Virus record (IMG/VR): IMGVR_UViG_3300009506_000029
Span: 1-61,018 of that record
Source of the DNA: a virus
Taxonomy: Duplodnaviria > Caudoviricetes
Length of the DNA stretch: 61,018 bases
Strand: one strand, 5' to 3'
A program made the translations under genes and the position numbers. Below the pieces are notes generated by a model, which made no database searches, had not been told where the DNA came from, and saw only the letters and a program-made list of their open reading frames with translations. How positions within the stretch are numbered: the stretch's first letter is position 1; each line of letters begins with the position of its first letter. Shown here in pieces: positions 53,087 through 61,018 of the stretch.

Positions 53087-55222
53087 TTAGTAGTAGCGCG
53101 CAATGTATGCCACCGTTACGGTAACGCCCGTCGTGCCTGTGTCGTCAAACTGGATCGTATTGTTGCCTGGGTCCAGCTTGAGCCAGTCTCGGCGCGGGCC
53201 CCCCGTCAGCGTCAGTGCCTGGAACTGTGACGACTCGTCTCCCTTATCGGTCACCGTCTTGGCATCCGTGTCCACCTCGATCGAGTCGTTCACGTCCATC
53301 TGGTAAGCCAGCTCGATCGCCTTGCTGGTCGTGTTGTTGGTCACCGTACACGCCAGGTTGTAGGCCGGCGTAGACTCGCTGCCGATCGTGACCGCCGGCG
53401 TGTTCGAGCTGTTGAGCGTCATCGTGCAATCCGCCGCCTCAACCCACGTGCGGTAGTTGGCCACGCTCCAGCCTTGCAGCAGAGACAGAGCAATGTACAG
53501 GCTCCCCGTCGTCAGCGCCTCGTTGTCGCTCCACGCCTCCCAGTTGCTCGCTCCTGCCGGGGCCGGGATGGCGTATTCCGTGGTCCAATTGGAGCCATTG
53601 GTGCTGCTCTGGACCGCGCTGGACCAGTGCCCTGTCTCCTCAGCGTACTTTTCGCCGTTGGAAAAGTTGACGTTTGTAAATCCACATGGGTTGTACAACT
53701 GGAGACGGCCCGCGTGATCATAGGCCGGATCGATCCCGATCTCGACCCACGGATCCGCGCCCGCGCCTCGGTTCCCGCCATAGAATGTTGGCGAGCCGCT
53801 GATCACGCTCTGCGTCCACTGCCCTGTCCGCAGCCCGTCGTCTTCGCCAAATTCCTCGTATACCCATGACGTGTTCGTCGAGTGGTCCAGCTCGAACGCC
53901 GGTTCGTAGTCCGAGTCCACGCTGGGCGCCGAGGCAGCATAGTTGCCGTACTTGAGCCAAATGTCGTGCTGCACCCACCAGCACGCGTCGCTTGCGCTGT
54001 GCGCGCCCGCGCTGCTCCCCTTGGCGGCACGTGTCACACCCGAAAACGTCTTGGTCGCGTCGCTCTTGGAGGTGTAGGTGAAATACTCCGAGTTTACGCA
54101 CAGGATGCCTGTAGACGGCGCGCCCGTGGTCGCCTCGTTCACCGTGATCGACGTAACCGTGTCACCCGCGCCGATGCCGGATGTGATGGTACCCGCCCAC
54201 GCTGCACTCCAGTTCAGGTTCACCCACGCCTTGGTGGTTGCCGTGTCCATCCCGTCCAGCCAACGATCGACCTCTGTCCCGTCCACCTCCACGCGCAAGT
54301 CTGCGCCGTTGGCCAGCATCTTGGACAGTGCCACAGTATCCCCGTCCAAGTGGTTTACGTCGCTCGTGCCGCCGATCCCGCGTGTAACCCCGGTCAGGTC
54401 ATTTCCACTCTTGCCTGTCCAGGAAACCTGCTCGTCCCCGTTCACCCCGTCTGTGATGTACGCCATTCCCGAGGTGGGGAAACTGGCCGCGCTGGCCAGC
54501 GTGATCGTCGCCGCGGCCTGTGCCAGCGCGCCGTTGAGTGTCGTGGTGGTTGCCGTCTCGACCAACGCATCTGTGTCCAGCGAGTCGTCGCACACGTCCG
54601 TCGGGTAGTTCGAGAACGCCGCGGACACGCGCCAGCGGATGGCCACGAACCGCCGGTAGATGTACCCGCTCCCGCTCTTGGCTGCCGTCGGCTTGACTGT
54701 GATGGTTGGATATGCGTCATCTGTGCCCGCATTGCTAACCGTCGTTGTCTGTCCGCTCGCCGTCACGCCCCACACAGTCGTGCTCGTGCTTGTCGACCGC
54801 CATCGCACGTCGCCGTGCACTATCAGGCTCACCAGGAATGCCTCGGCTACGGCAGCCACATCGCCCACCAGCGGAAGGCAGCTCGTGCAGATCGCGCTTA
54901 CGTAGCGGTCTTTGCTCCCATCGCTGTCCTCGATGATGAACGTCTTGGGCGTTTCGTCCTCTGGATCAAACCAGCGCAACAGTTGATCGCGCAGCGTGTA
55001 CACACTGGACGAGTTTACAATTCGCACGATGAACCGAATCTCGCGCCCGCTGCGCTCGATCCCGCTGACCAGCGGGTGCCGGCCGTGCCGTGCAACCAGG
55101 TTCGCGCCTACGTTCGGCAAGCCCCACTCACTGCCCGGGCGTACGCCTGCCTCGTAGCTCGTCCCGTCATTGATATTGTGCCCGTCGAACGACACAATGC
55201 TGAGGTTCGTGACAATGCTCAC
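53087..55222 (-). CDS. Distal tail (Dit)-like protein with large insertions
   Basis: Follows the tape measure; NAGTDDAYPTITV and C-terminal WLKLDPGNNTIQF; internal GVTRG/GVTRA fibre-like modules. Confidence 0.75.
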   Translation of the reverse strand: MSIVTNLSIVSFDGHNINDGTSYEAGVRPGSEWGLPNVGANLVARHGRHPLVSGIERSGREIRFIVRIVNSSSVYTLRDQLLRWFDPEDETPKTFIIEDSDGSKDRYVSAICTSCLPLVGDVAAVAEAFLVSLIVHGDVRWRSTSTSTTVWGVTASGQTTTVSNAGTDDAYPTITVKPTAAKSGSGYIYRRFVAIRWRVSAAFSNYPTDVCDDSLDTDALVETATTTTLNGALAQAAATITLASAASFPTSGMAYITDGVNGDEQVSWTGKSGNDLTGVTRGIGGTSDVNHLDGDTVALSKMLANGADLRVEVDGTEVDRWLDGMDTATTKAWVNLNWSAAWAGTITSGIGAGDTVTSITVNEATTGAPSTGILCVNSEYFTYTSKSDATKTFSGVTRAAKGSSAGAHSASDACWWVQHDIWLKYGNYAASAPSVDSDYEPAFELDHSTNTSWVYEEFGEDDGLRTGQWTQSVISGSPTFYGGNRGAGADPWVEIGIDPAYDHAGRLQLYNPCGFTNVNFSNGEKYAEETGHWSSAVQSSTNGSNWTTEYAIPAPAGASNWEAWSDNEALTTGSLYIALSLLQGWSVANYRTWVEAADCTMTLNSSNTPAVTIGSESTPAYNLACTVTNNTTSKAIELAYQMDVNDSIEVDTDAKTVTDKGDESSQFQALTLTGGPRRDWLKLDPGNNTIQFDDTGTTGVTVTVAYIARYY

Positions 55223-55231
55223 GCCCTACTC

Positions 55232-58200
55232 CTATACCGTCAGCGCCTGCAGTTGGTAGAGCAAGTCGTCGGCCCGCCGTACCCCGTTCAGCACCAGGTC
55301 GCCGTGGATGTGCAGCTCTGTCCCTCGATCGATCGTCGTCGTACTGCCGCCGGCGCGTAGGTGCGCCAGTTCTGCCAGGCGGCCGGTGAACAATCGCTCC
55401 ACATCTGCCATGCCGCGCTCCAGGCCCACACCAACGCCCTCGGCCATCGGGCGCCCGATCTCGCGCTCCGTCGCCCGGCTCGGCGACCCCGCGTCGATCG
55501 CGTCTCGCGCGGCCTGCATCGCAACCAGCACCGCCCGTTGCAGTGTCCAAGCCAGTGCCCCTTGTCGCTGCCAGACCCCGCGGATCATTCCGTCGATGAA
55601 CGACTGTCCCAGGCTCTCCCATCCCCCCATCCTCAAGATCGAACTCTGGATCGATCGCAGCGTGCCTATCATCTCGCGGTACATCTCGATCAGCCCTGCC
55701 ACCGTCGCGTCGATCGCCGCGTCCCACATCTGCTGGGTCCACGTCACAAACCAATGTCGGAACTCGCTCCACAGCCGCGTCACATCTCGAATGAACGCGC
55801 CAATGGCTTCCGTAGCATCATCCGTCTCGCGCCGCGTAATATCCACCACCGCGTCCCACATTTGCTCTGTCCAGGTCACCATCCAGTGCCTGAACTCGCT
55901 CCAGGCCTGCGTGGACTGGCGCACCAGCTCGTCGATCTCGCCCGTGAATCCCTCCCGTGCCCCGCGCGCAGTCTCCTCGACTTTTTGTCGCAGGTCTGGC
56001 TGCGCCTGTCGCTGGATCGCCTCCCCGATCTTCCAGAACGAGTCCACCGTCTCAGCTATGTTCTCATTCGTAACACGGCGCAGCTCCGTCGAGTATCCGT
56101 CGTCCATTTCCCGCACCACGTTCTCTGCCACTCGCCGCAAGTCCGGCTGCGCCTGTCGCCGTACCAGCTCGCCGATCTCCCAAAACGAGCGCGCTGTCTG
56201 TGCGACCATTCGCGGCGTCTGGTGCTGCATCTCCTCCGTCATGCCCTCGCCCACGCCCTCGGCGATAGGCACGCCGATCTGCTCTCGTGCTACAGTGGAC
56301 GGCGAGTGAATGCCCATCGCGTTGCGCGCCGCCTGGATCGCGTTGCGCACCGCGTTCGCCGCTCGGTCTGCCAATGCCCGCGCTCTGCTCATAATTCCGC
56401 TTGCGACTCCATCGATCATCGCCCGCCCCACACCGCCCCAGTCCGGTGCTCTAAACGCGCTCAGCACGTTCTGGATCGCTGTGCGAATGTTTGTCAGCAC
56501 TGTCTCGAGCGCGGATCTGATCACGGCCTGAATCGCCGTCCACGCCTGCGACAGCAGCGTCCGCACCGTCTCCCACGCCTGCCGCCACTGCTGCTGTACC
56601 GTCGAGAGCCACTGTTGCAACTGGGCGCGTAACGTGTTCCAAGCTGCTACCAGCACCCGCGATATCTCTGCCCATACCTGTGACAAAAACGTCGACACCG
56701 CCGTCCACGCTGTCTGCCACTGCTGCAAGATAGAGGCCAGCCACGTTGTGATCTGTGTCAAGATCGCAACCAACGCCGACTCGATCGCCGGCCTGATAAG
56801 CTGTTCCCATACGTCCCGCACAAACTCGTAGATCAGCGTCCAGATCTCTTGGAACGAGGCCAGAATCGCCCGCAGGTCCTCCCCGATCAGCGCGTCAATC
56901 GCGCCCAGCACCGTCGTGATCGTCGTCTGGATCGTGTTCCAGATCCCTGTCACAAACTCTGACACTGCCGTCCAGATTGTGGTGAACGTCGTCTGGATGG
57001 CCGTCATGGCCGTGGTAATCGCTGCGCTCACGGTTGTCAGCGCTGTCTGGATCGCCGCCTGGATGTTCGTCCATGCCGTCTGGATCGCCGTCAAGATAGC
57101 CTGCCACGCTAGCTCTACGATCTGGCGAGCGAGATCCCAGTTTGCTTGCCACATGGCCGTGACCTGCGCCCAAGTCGTACCGAAAAACCCCGCGATCCAG
57201 TTCAAAAATGCCAGCGCGATCTCTTGTACCCCTGCAATCGCGTTCTGGACGATGGATTGCAGCGTTTCCCACGCGCCGGCCCAGTCTCCTGCTACCATCT
57301 GCAAAAAGAGCGTCCCCATACTGAGCGCTGTGTCAAGAAAGAGTTGCAGGATTGGCTGCACTACCTGCCACATCGCGCCGATCTGCTCGGACACGTATCC
57401 CCACACCTCGCCGATCACCCGCACATAGTTCTCGATCAGCGGCCCGTTTGCCTCGAACCACGCCGCGATCTGGTCCAGCGCGTTCTGTACAAATGGCACC
57501 ACGTTTGCGGCCAGGTCGGCCAGCACCTCGCGAAACCGATCAAAGAGCGTTGCCGCCGTCTCGCGAATCGCCGGGCCGTACTGTGCCCACCACGCCCCCA
57601 TCCGCTCGAGAAAGCCCTGGAACGTCTGCACCACTGGCCCGAGCATCTGGAGTCCGCCGCCCAGTCCATCTATCCAGCCCGTGATCATATCAGCCATTTG
57701 GGAGCCGAATAGCTGTTCGAGAGTAAAGTACAAGCCCTCTATCAGTGCTGACGTGTCTCCGCCGAATGCCATCATTAGCGCATTGGCTAGGGGTTCCAGT
57801 GCCGAAACGATGTTCGAGAACGCCTCGGCGATTGCCGGCCCATAGCGGTCTACCATCTCCGCCGCCCAGCTCGCGAAACTGGTCAGCACCGGCAGCAACG
57901 CCTCCCCCAGCGTGATCTTGAGCGTCTCGATCGTGCCCTCGAGCGCCTCCATTTGCCCGGCAAACGTCGCACCTTTTGCCGCTGCTTGCTCCTGAATGCC
58001 AGCCGCATTGGCTGTGGCCTCGGCCATCGCGTTCCAGCCCTCTACGCCCTCGCCTAGCAAGGTCTGGAGAGCCTTCATACCATAGGTGCCCGCGATAGTC
58101 TGGACGTACTGGTTTCTTTGCTCCTCCGTGAGATTGCGCGTAACAGGGATCAATCCGCCCTGCGCCTCTTCGAGCGTCTTGATGACATCGGCTGAGTTGC

Positions 58201-59299
58201 TTAACTGGCTTTGGTACTTTGCCAGACTTGTCTCTGACAGAATTTTGATCCCGGCTTGATGATTGCGAATGGCAACGGTTGCGGCCTCGTAAGACTTTTT
58301 GGCATCATTGAGTAACTGTGTCTGCGCCTCGTTCAGTGGGTTAACGGCCTCGTAGGTTGTAATCGTGCCGTTCATTGCTTCGTCGAACTGGGCAATGATG
58401 TCAGGCAGGCTTTTCATGTTACCTGCCGCGTCGTACAGTTCGATCCCCAGTTGTTCGAGAGCCTCTGTCACGGCCGGCGTCGTGCGCATCATATTTGTCA
58501 GCATCGACTTGAGTGCCGTGCCAGCCTCTGCGCCCTGAATACCGCGCGTGCTCAGGATGGCGAGCGCGTTGTTAGTATCTTGGAGAGAGAACCCGAACGC
58601 TGCTGCTGTCGGGCCGATCGTTTTCAACGCCTCCGCCAGCCCGGTCACTTCAGCCACGCTTGCGTCAGCAGCCTGAACCATATTATTCATTGCCTGGTTG
58701 ACAAAATCTGCCCGCTCGGCCTCCGTCTCCAGCTCGCTACCGAATGATGCAAGCGCAATCGCCGCCAGGTCCGACGCCTGCACCATGTCTAGCTCTGTCG
58801 CTGCTGCCAGGTCGATCGCCGCCCGCAGCGCGCCGCCCAACTGCGCGCCCTCCTCGAGATATCCGTTAAAGTCGCCAAAGATCTCCGTTGTCGAAAGGCC
58901 GGCTTTGAACAACCCGGTCATCGCGTCTGCAGCCCCTGTCGCCGACACGCCCAACAACCTCGTATCGCCGCCCACCGCGATCGCCGCGTCGTGCAGCTTG
59001 TCCATCGACAAGCCGGTGCTGCTCGCGGCGATCGCCAGGCCGGCCATCTGGCTCTCAAACTCACCCGCCAGCCCCACCATGTCCCCCGCTGCACCCAGCG
59101 CCGACTGCCCCAGGTTTTTCAACGCCCCCACGGCAGCAGTCATCAGCCCGCCTGTGAACACACCCAAAGCCGTGCCCATCACAGACTGGATACCGCTCCC
59201 GGCCTGCCGGATCTGCCCCTGCGCCTGAGAGAGCCCCTTGTTCAGTTTGGAGAGATCAGCCCCGATCTCTGCGTACAGCGATGCGATCTGTGTTGCGAT
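55232..59299 (-). CDS. Tape measure protein (probable ATC start at 59299)
   Basis: TP901-like core (GAEAGTALKSML), Trp-periodic helical repeats, GIHSPS; in-frame N-terminal ATQIASLYAEIGAD upstream of the annotated 59182 start. Confidence 0.92.
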   Translation of the reverse strand: MATQIASLYAEIGADLSKLNKGLSQAQGQIRQAGSGIQSVMGTALGVFTGGLMTAAVGALKNLGQSALGAAGDMVGLAGEFESQMAGLAIAASSTGLSMDKLHDAAIAVGGDTRLLGVSATGAADAMTGLFKAGLSTTEIFGDFNGYLEEGAQLGGALRAAIDLAAATELDMVQASDLAAIALASFGSELETEAERADFVNQAMNNMVQAADASVAEVTGLAEALKTIGPTAAAFGFSLQDTNNALAILSTRGIQGAEAGTALKSMLTNMMRTTPAVTEALEQLGIELYDAAGNMKSLPDIIAQFDEAMNGTITTYEAVNPLNEAQTQLLNDAKKSYEAATVAIRNHQAGIKILSETSLAKYQSQLSNSADVIKTLEEAQGGLIPVTRNLTEEQRNQYVQTIAGTYGMKALQTLLGEGVEGWNAMAEATANAAGIQEQAAAKGATFAGQMEALEGTIETLKITLGEALLPVLTSFASWAAEMVDRYGPAIAEAFSNIVSALEPLANALMMAFGGDTSALIEGLYFTLEQLFGSQMADMITGWIDGLGGGLQMLGPVVQTFQGFLERMGAWWAQYGPAIRETAATLFDRFREVLADLAANVVPFVQNALDQIAAWFEANGPLIENYVRVIGEVWGYVSEQIGAMWQVVQPILQLFLDTALSMGTLFLQMVAGDWAGAWETLQSIVQNAIAGVQEIALAFLNWIAGFFGTTWAQVTAMWQANWDLARQIVELAWQAILTAIQTAWTNIQAAIQTALTTVSAAITTAMTAIQTTFTTIWTAVSEFVTGIWNTIQTTITTVLGAIDALIGEDLRAILASFQEIWTLIYEFVRDVWEQLIRPAIESALVAILTQITTWLASILQQWQTAWTAVSTFLSQVWAEISRVLVAAWNTLRAQLQQWLSTVQQQWRQAWETVRTLLSQAWTAIQAVIRSALETVLTNIRTAIQNVLSAFRAPDWGGVGRAMIDGVASGIMSRARALADRAANAVRNAIQAARNAMGIHSPSTVAREQIGVPIAEGVGEGMTEEMQHQTPRMVAQTARSFWEIGELVRRQAQPDLRRVAENVVREMDDGYSTELRRVTNENIAETVDSFWKIGEAIQRQAQPDLRQKVEETARGAREGFTGEIDELVRQSTQAWSEFRHWMVTWTEQMWDAVVDITRRETDDATEAIGAFIRDVTRLWSEFRHWFVTWTQQMWDAAIDATVAGLIEMYREMIGTLRSIQSSILRMGGWESLGQSFIDGMIRGVWQRQGALAWTLQRAVLVAMQAARDAIDAGSPSRATEREIGRPMAEGVGVGLERGMADVERLFTGRLAELAHLRAGGSTTTIDRGTELHIHGDLVLNGVRRADDLLYQLQALTV

Positions 59300-59321
59300 A
59301 GCCTACATCCTCATTCCACCC

Positions 59322-59543
59322 CTACCGTCTGCCTCGCGCTCGACTTGCCTTGCGCTGCTCTTGCGCGATCGCCGTGTCTGCCGACTGCATCACGTCGATG
59401 ATCTCTATCACCTCTTGCACGCCCAGCGCGTCCACATACTCGAGCTCCCATCCGAACCGCTCGCACAGCCACAGCCGCCAATAGGTCCACGGCAGCGGCT
59501 TGCCGAACCGGATACCTAGGTAGACGCGCTTCCCGCTTCCCCC
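59322..59543 (-). CDS. Tail assembly chaperone -1 frameshift extension
   Basis: LCERFGWELEYVDAL in the -1 frame after slippery G GGG GAA. Confidence 0.8.
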   Translation of the reverse strand, partial: GGSGKRVYLGIRFGKPLPWTYWRLWLCERFGWELEYVDALGVQEVIEIIDVMQSADTAIAQEQRKASRARGRR

Positions 59544-59839
59544 GAGGCACTGTCCCCGCCCATCATCTTGCCCAGCGTCTTGCTCACCTCGCGCACCAAC
59601 GGGATCAGCTCGCGAAACAGGTCCAGATTGCCGTACGCCTTTTCGTCCGACGGTTCGCCCGGGAACTCCCAATCCTCGATCAGCCGAGGCAGCACCGGGA
59701 CGATCTTTTGCAGATCGAACCCGGCCTCCTCATCTTGCCGCGCAAACGACATCAAGACGTTTGGCAAGTCCCAGTTTTCTTTTGCTGGAAACCTGGACTT
59801 GACCGTCACGCCCTTGCCGTTGATCGTAAACGTGCTCAT
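59516..59839 (-). CDS. Tail assembly chaperone
   Basis: Between tail tube and tape measure; AGGAG RBS. Confidence 0.8.
   Translation of the reverse strand: MSTFTINGKGVTVKSRFPAKENWDLPNVLMSFARQDEEAGFDLQKIVPVLPRLIEDWEFPGEPSDEKAYGNLDLFRELIPLVREVSKTLGKMMGGDSASGEAGSAST
59537..59543 (-). other. Programmed -1 frameshift slippery site GGGGGAA
   Basis: TCG GGG GAA near the end of the chaperone; the -1 frame is open to 59322. Confidence 0.75.
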
Positions 59840-59869
59840 AGACTCTCCTTTTATCCGCGCGCCTGTCTG

Positions 59870-60262
59870 CTAGTACGTGTCGTCGGTCACGGCCCCGCTG
59901 AATTGCCACTCGATGTCCGCAACCACCAGATCCGCGTACTCCATCGACCTTTCGCGAGTCGACACGATCGCATTGACGTAGTGCCGTGGTTTGGTCGCCG
60001 CAGTGCCTTCCGGTCCCCACTCCAGAGTACCTTCCGTCCCTGGCACCAGCGCGCCCCATGTCCCGGTGTCCCCGGACTGAACGACGATCGTCGCGCTTGC
60101 CGTGCCATCCTTGAGCGTAGTCAGATACGTCCGCGCGGTGTCTGATCCCGCGCTCTGGTCGACCAGGTTCATCTCTTCCGAGTCGGAGAAAGACCTGTAA
60201 TCCGTATCCAGCACCTTGCTCCCAAAGACCAGGTACAAGTTCGTACCCGTGATTCCTGCCAT
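59870..60262 (-). CDS. Major tail (tube) protein
   Basis: YLTTLKDGTAS, WGPEG, WQFSGAVT; GGAGG RBS. Confidence 0.82.
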   Translation of the reverse strand: MAGITGTNLYLVFGSKVLDTDYRSFSDSEEMNLVDQSAGSDTARTYLTTLKDGTASATIVVQSGDTGTWGALVPGTEGTLEWGPEGTAATKPRHYVNAIVSTRERSMEYADLVVADIEWQFSGAVTDDTY

Positions 60263-60288
60263 TTTTGGCCTCCATTTGAATTGTGATC

Positions 60289-60353
60289 ACAAAACAAAAC
60301 GGCGCACCCCGGATGGCAGACAAGCTCTCTTATCTGCTCTCCATGATGCGCCG
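60289..60353 (-). terminator. Long hairpin plus U-rich tail before the tail tube gene
   Basis: CGGCGCA...TGCGCCG then TTTTGTTTTG on the minus strand. Confidence 0.7.
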
Positions 60354-60401
60354 CCAGATGATTCCAGTAGCGATGTAGAGACGGGATAATCCGCCCTTCT
60401 G

Positions 60402-60803
60402 TTAATCGTCGATGCGCACCCGCACGTAGTGCCCGCAGTGATACACCACGTCCCCGGTGCCCGTGACCTCTGTCGCTTGCACCTCGTCCTCGCATCGCAT
60501 GTAGATATTGGTGTACCCGCTTACCGTCAGCGTCGATCCGTTCAGGCAGTCCACGATCAATGCGTCGATTGTGCCCGCCTTTTTGCTCTCGCCCGCCACG
60601 CCCTTGACCATGTAGACATGGCTCTGCAGGTCGCTCGGGTTCTGGTTCTCGTGCCCGCCGCCGGCGTGAAAAAAGACCACATAGGGCAGCGCCTGCCCCT
60701 GTGGCGCGTGCCGGTTATAGACTGCCGTCTCTCCGCCCAGCTCTGCGATCAGCGCCGTGTCTGCGACGAGCGCGCTGAACAGCCCTGCCTCAATGCCGTT
60801 CAC
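60402..60803 (-). CDS. Tail terminator (DUF3168-like)
   Basis: LFSALVADTAL...VYNRHAPQGQALPYVVF. Confidence 0.82.
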   Translation of the reverse strand: MNGIEAGLFSALVADTALIAELGGETAVYNRHAPQGQALPYVVFFHAGGGHENQNPSDLQSHVYMVKGVAGESKKAGTIDALIVDCLNGSTLTVSGYTNIYMRCEDEVQATEVTGTGDVVYHCGHYVRVRIDD

Positions 60804-61018
60804 GGGTTCACGTCTCCATTGATCACGTGGATGCTGTTTCTAAGCGCGCCCGTGTCGACCGGAGCATTTTGCTTTGCGATCCGCTCCACATCTCGCGCCG
60901 TTTTTTCCACCACTGCCTCTGCCTGCTCGATCGTCGTCACCTGCTCGAACGCGCGCGCGAACCCTGGCCGCACCGCCTCCACTGCGGGCCGCATAAACGG
61001 GTGCGCCGGCATCCGGCT
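60800..61018 (-). CDS. HK97 gp10-family protein, 3' part
   Basis: PAHPFMRPA...AKQNAPVDTGALRNSI. Confidence 0.8.
   Translation of the reverse strand, partial: SRMPAHPFMRPAVEAVRPGFARAFEQVTTIEQAEAVVEKTARDVERIAKQNAPVDTGALRNSIHVINGDVNP
60875..61018. repeat. Terminal direct repeat (circular assembly overlap), right copy
   Basis: Identical to 1-144. Confidence 0.97.

Larger units (their letters stand above)
1..61018. mobile_element. Complete temperate phage genome (Caudoviricetes, siphovirus-like), circular form with intact attP
   Basis: Terminase, portal, capsid, tail tube, tape measure, integrase, attP and circularity are all present. Confidence 0.95.

Noticed and set aside
43038-55222. Diversity-generating retroelement or invertible tail-fibre cassette
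   Set aside because: No reverse transcriptase or serine invertase, and no TR/VR pair noticed by eye.
59300-59308. Genome-wide TAG recoding suggested by ATG-TAG before the TMP
   Set aside because: Many well-supported genes end at TAG and long genes are uninterrupted in the standard code; no suppressor tRNA is present.

Overview
The window is a complete, circularly assembled temperate siphovirus-like phage genome of about 60,874 bp. Bases 1-144 are identical to 60875-61018. The host is probably Chloroflexota (Anaerolineae-like); this is an inference from the AGAAC-N4-GTTCT SOS boxes, a DnaA_N-fused replication protein and Thr/Pro-linker secreted proteins. A minus-strand late arm runs 19623->1 and continues 60874->43038: holin-like genes, terminase, portal, MuF, scaffold, Mu-gpT-like capsid, connectors, tail tube, frameshifted chaperone, tape measure, Dit/Tal and glycoside hydrolases. 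A six-gene glycosyltransferase/methyltransferase/sulfotransferase cassette sits inside the head-tail joining module, and a second sulfotransferase sits among the tail genes. The middle holds xis, attP (3' half of tRNA-Lys CTT), a tyrosine integrase, a ParM/ParR-like pair, a replication initiator with iterons, a LexA-DBD-only gene, an XRE repressor with a lipoprotein, and a phage sigma factor. The non-coding DNA carries four sets of signals. (1) Five TCTCTAA-N17-CGTT(A/T)TA promoters precede a membrane-protein cluster, a radical SAM gene, a DUF3150-like gene, a Ycf46-like AAA ATPase and DUF1257/DUF2997; this is a candidate sigma regulon for an uncharacterised system. (2) A 28-bp motif occurs at 9-10 gene boundaries around the genome. 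(3) Alternating Xer/dif-like sites flank single-gene cassettes. (4) SOS-box promoters include one that appears to drive a small RNA. All family assignments come from motif recognition by eye, not database searches.
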